Part shown: positions 62,823 to 64,000 of the stretch, piece by piece
How positions within the stretch are numbered: position 1 is the first letter of the stretch
Layout: every line of letters starts with the position of its first letter
Source of the DNA: Somniosus microcephalus
Taxonomy: Eukaryota
Assembly: GCA_052327205.1 (NCBI GenBank)
Contig: CM126223.1
Span: 51,336,001 to 51,400,000 of the forward strand
Length of the DNA stretch: 64,000 nt
Reading direction: 5' to 3'
The notes under the pieces: generated by a model
Told to the model about the DNA's origin: nothing
The model's input: only the letters and a program-made list of their open reading frames with translations
Databases searched by the model: none
Program-made: the position numbers and the translations under genes

Positions 62823-64000
62823 CTATGATGGAGATTCTCAGTTTTCCTCTTTACCTCAAACTCGTGTATAAGGATACTGAAGACACAAACGAACAGGACA
62901 CCTCTCCAATGCAGCACATTTGATCTTTCTTTTGTATTTTTAAACCTGTTAAATATAAAGAGTGATCTGAAATGTTTTAAGCAGGCTAAAAACTCAAGCA
63001 CTTGCCCATACCGCTTTTCAAAGCAACAAATTTATACTAAAAATGAAATCAGGATTTTTAAAAAAAACATTGGTTATGACCAAACTAAAAGCCAAATCAG
63101 CCTTAAGGCCCACCATTCACAAATGAAGAGTCTGAGGAATGTGACCATGAAGAGACCCAGTCCCAGATTTTGTGAAAAATCTGATCTAGATAATCCATTA
63201 ACAGATCTACATCAAAGGATCTATTGAGGTTAATGCTCTTGCATGTGATTCAACAGCGAGATGTAACTATTCCTAATATTGTTGCTTGCTCATTGCCACC
63301 ATTTAATTCAGATTCCAGGAGACCTCCTTCCATTAGCCGGATCCTGGTGGTTACATTATTTATTCAGGTTCTGTATCCCAACTGCTTACTCGTAGATCCA
63401 GGAGAAACCAGATCCACACAAGACTGCTGCCAAGATAAGGTAACCAGATTTAGCAGAACACGCGTCAGGAGCCAGCTCACAAGTCTTAATTAAATGGCAC
63501 CAATATGAAAAGAAGGTTTATAGCTGATTGGAGACCAGTTTCCAAAATGGCAATCCTGACAATGTTAAGGAGAGGTTGGATCAATGAGGCTGACTTTTGG
63601 AAAAGAAATATAAAATTTAAACATTATTGATTGTTCATGCAGGTCAAAATTTCAAGAATTCCACCACCCCCTCTGCAAAAGGCAATAACGCTCATCAGTT
63701 CCACTCACTTCCCAGTGCAGCTACGCAAGAACATTTAGCAGCAGTTTTATTTATGGGGCAGAGCTCCTTAAAAAAGTTATAAGGAAATAAAAGATAAATA
63801 AAATCAAAAATATAAGCTCCCTAGGGGCTCAGTTGTTAAGCTGCATGTAATGAGCAACATAGAGCAGAAACTTCCCCGGGCTTTTCCCTTGTCTAGACAG
63901 AGTTATGGCATTTCAGATGGTGCAGCAACAACAGCAGCTCAGGGCTCCTGGATTTGGAAGAGGAAAAGAGCTGGTACAGGCACGACAGGCCGAATGGCCT

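Overview
This is vertebrate genomic DNA, and its repeat content (CR1 LINEs, SacSINE1/DeuSINE-like SINEs, Penelope-like elements) points to a cartilaginous fish, probably a shark. The window holds the 5' part of one minus-strand gene of the Mediator kinase-module MED13/MED13L family. Its CpG-island promoter lies at ~54.6-55.4 kb and four coding exons follow (54643-54717, 42823-43057, 22746-22830, 14827-14910), all with GT-AG splice sites and consistent phases. Exon 5 was not found, so it probably lies left of position 1. The rest is intronic or upstream sequence filled with transposon fragments, plus a 171-bp N gap. Almost all ORFs in the supplied track are spurious or transposon remnants. Five observations stand out. 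(1) The protein and exon structure mix MED13 and MED13L features and carry private substitutions, so this may be a third paralog. (2) Minimal hammerhead-ribozyme motifs occur in Penelope termini and in derived fold-back elements. (3) A young CpG-rich, internally duplicated retro-insertion sits inside an old SINE. (4) Intron 2 contains a compact CRE/E2F/E-box/TATA cluster. (5) The leader has several uORFs and the promoter has a minisatellite. Family names and comparisons with human proteins come from recalled sequences, not searches, and repeat boundaries are approximate. No wholly new biological system can be demonstrated from the sequence alone.
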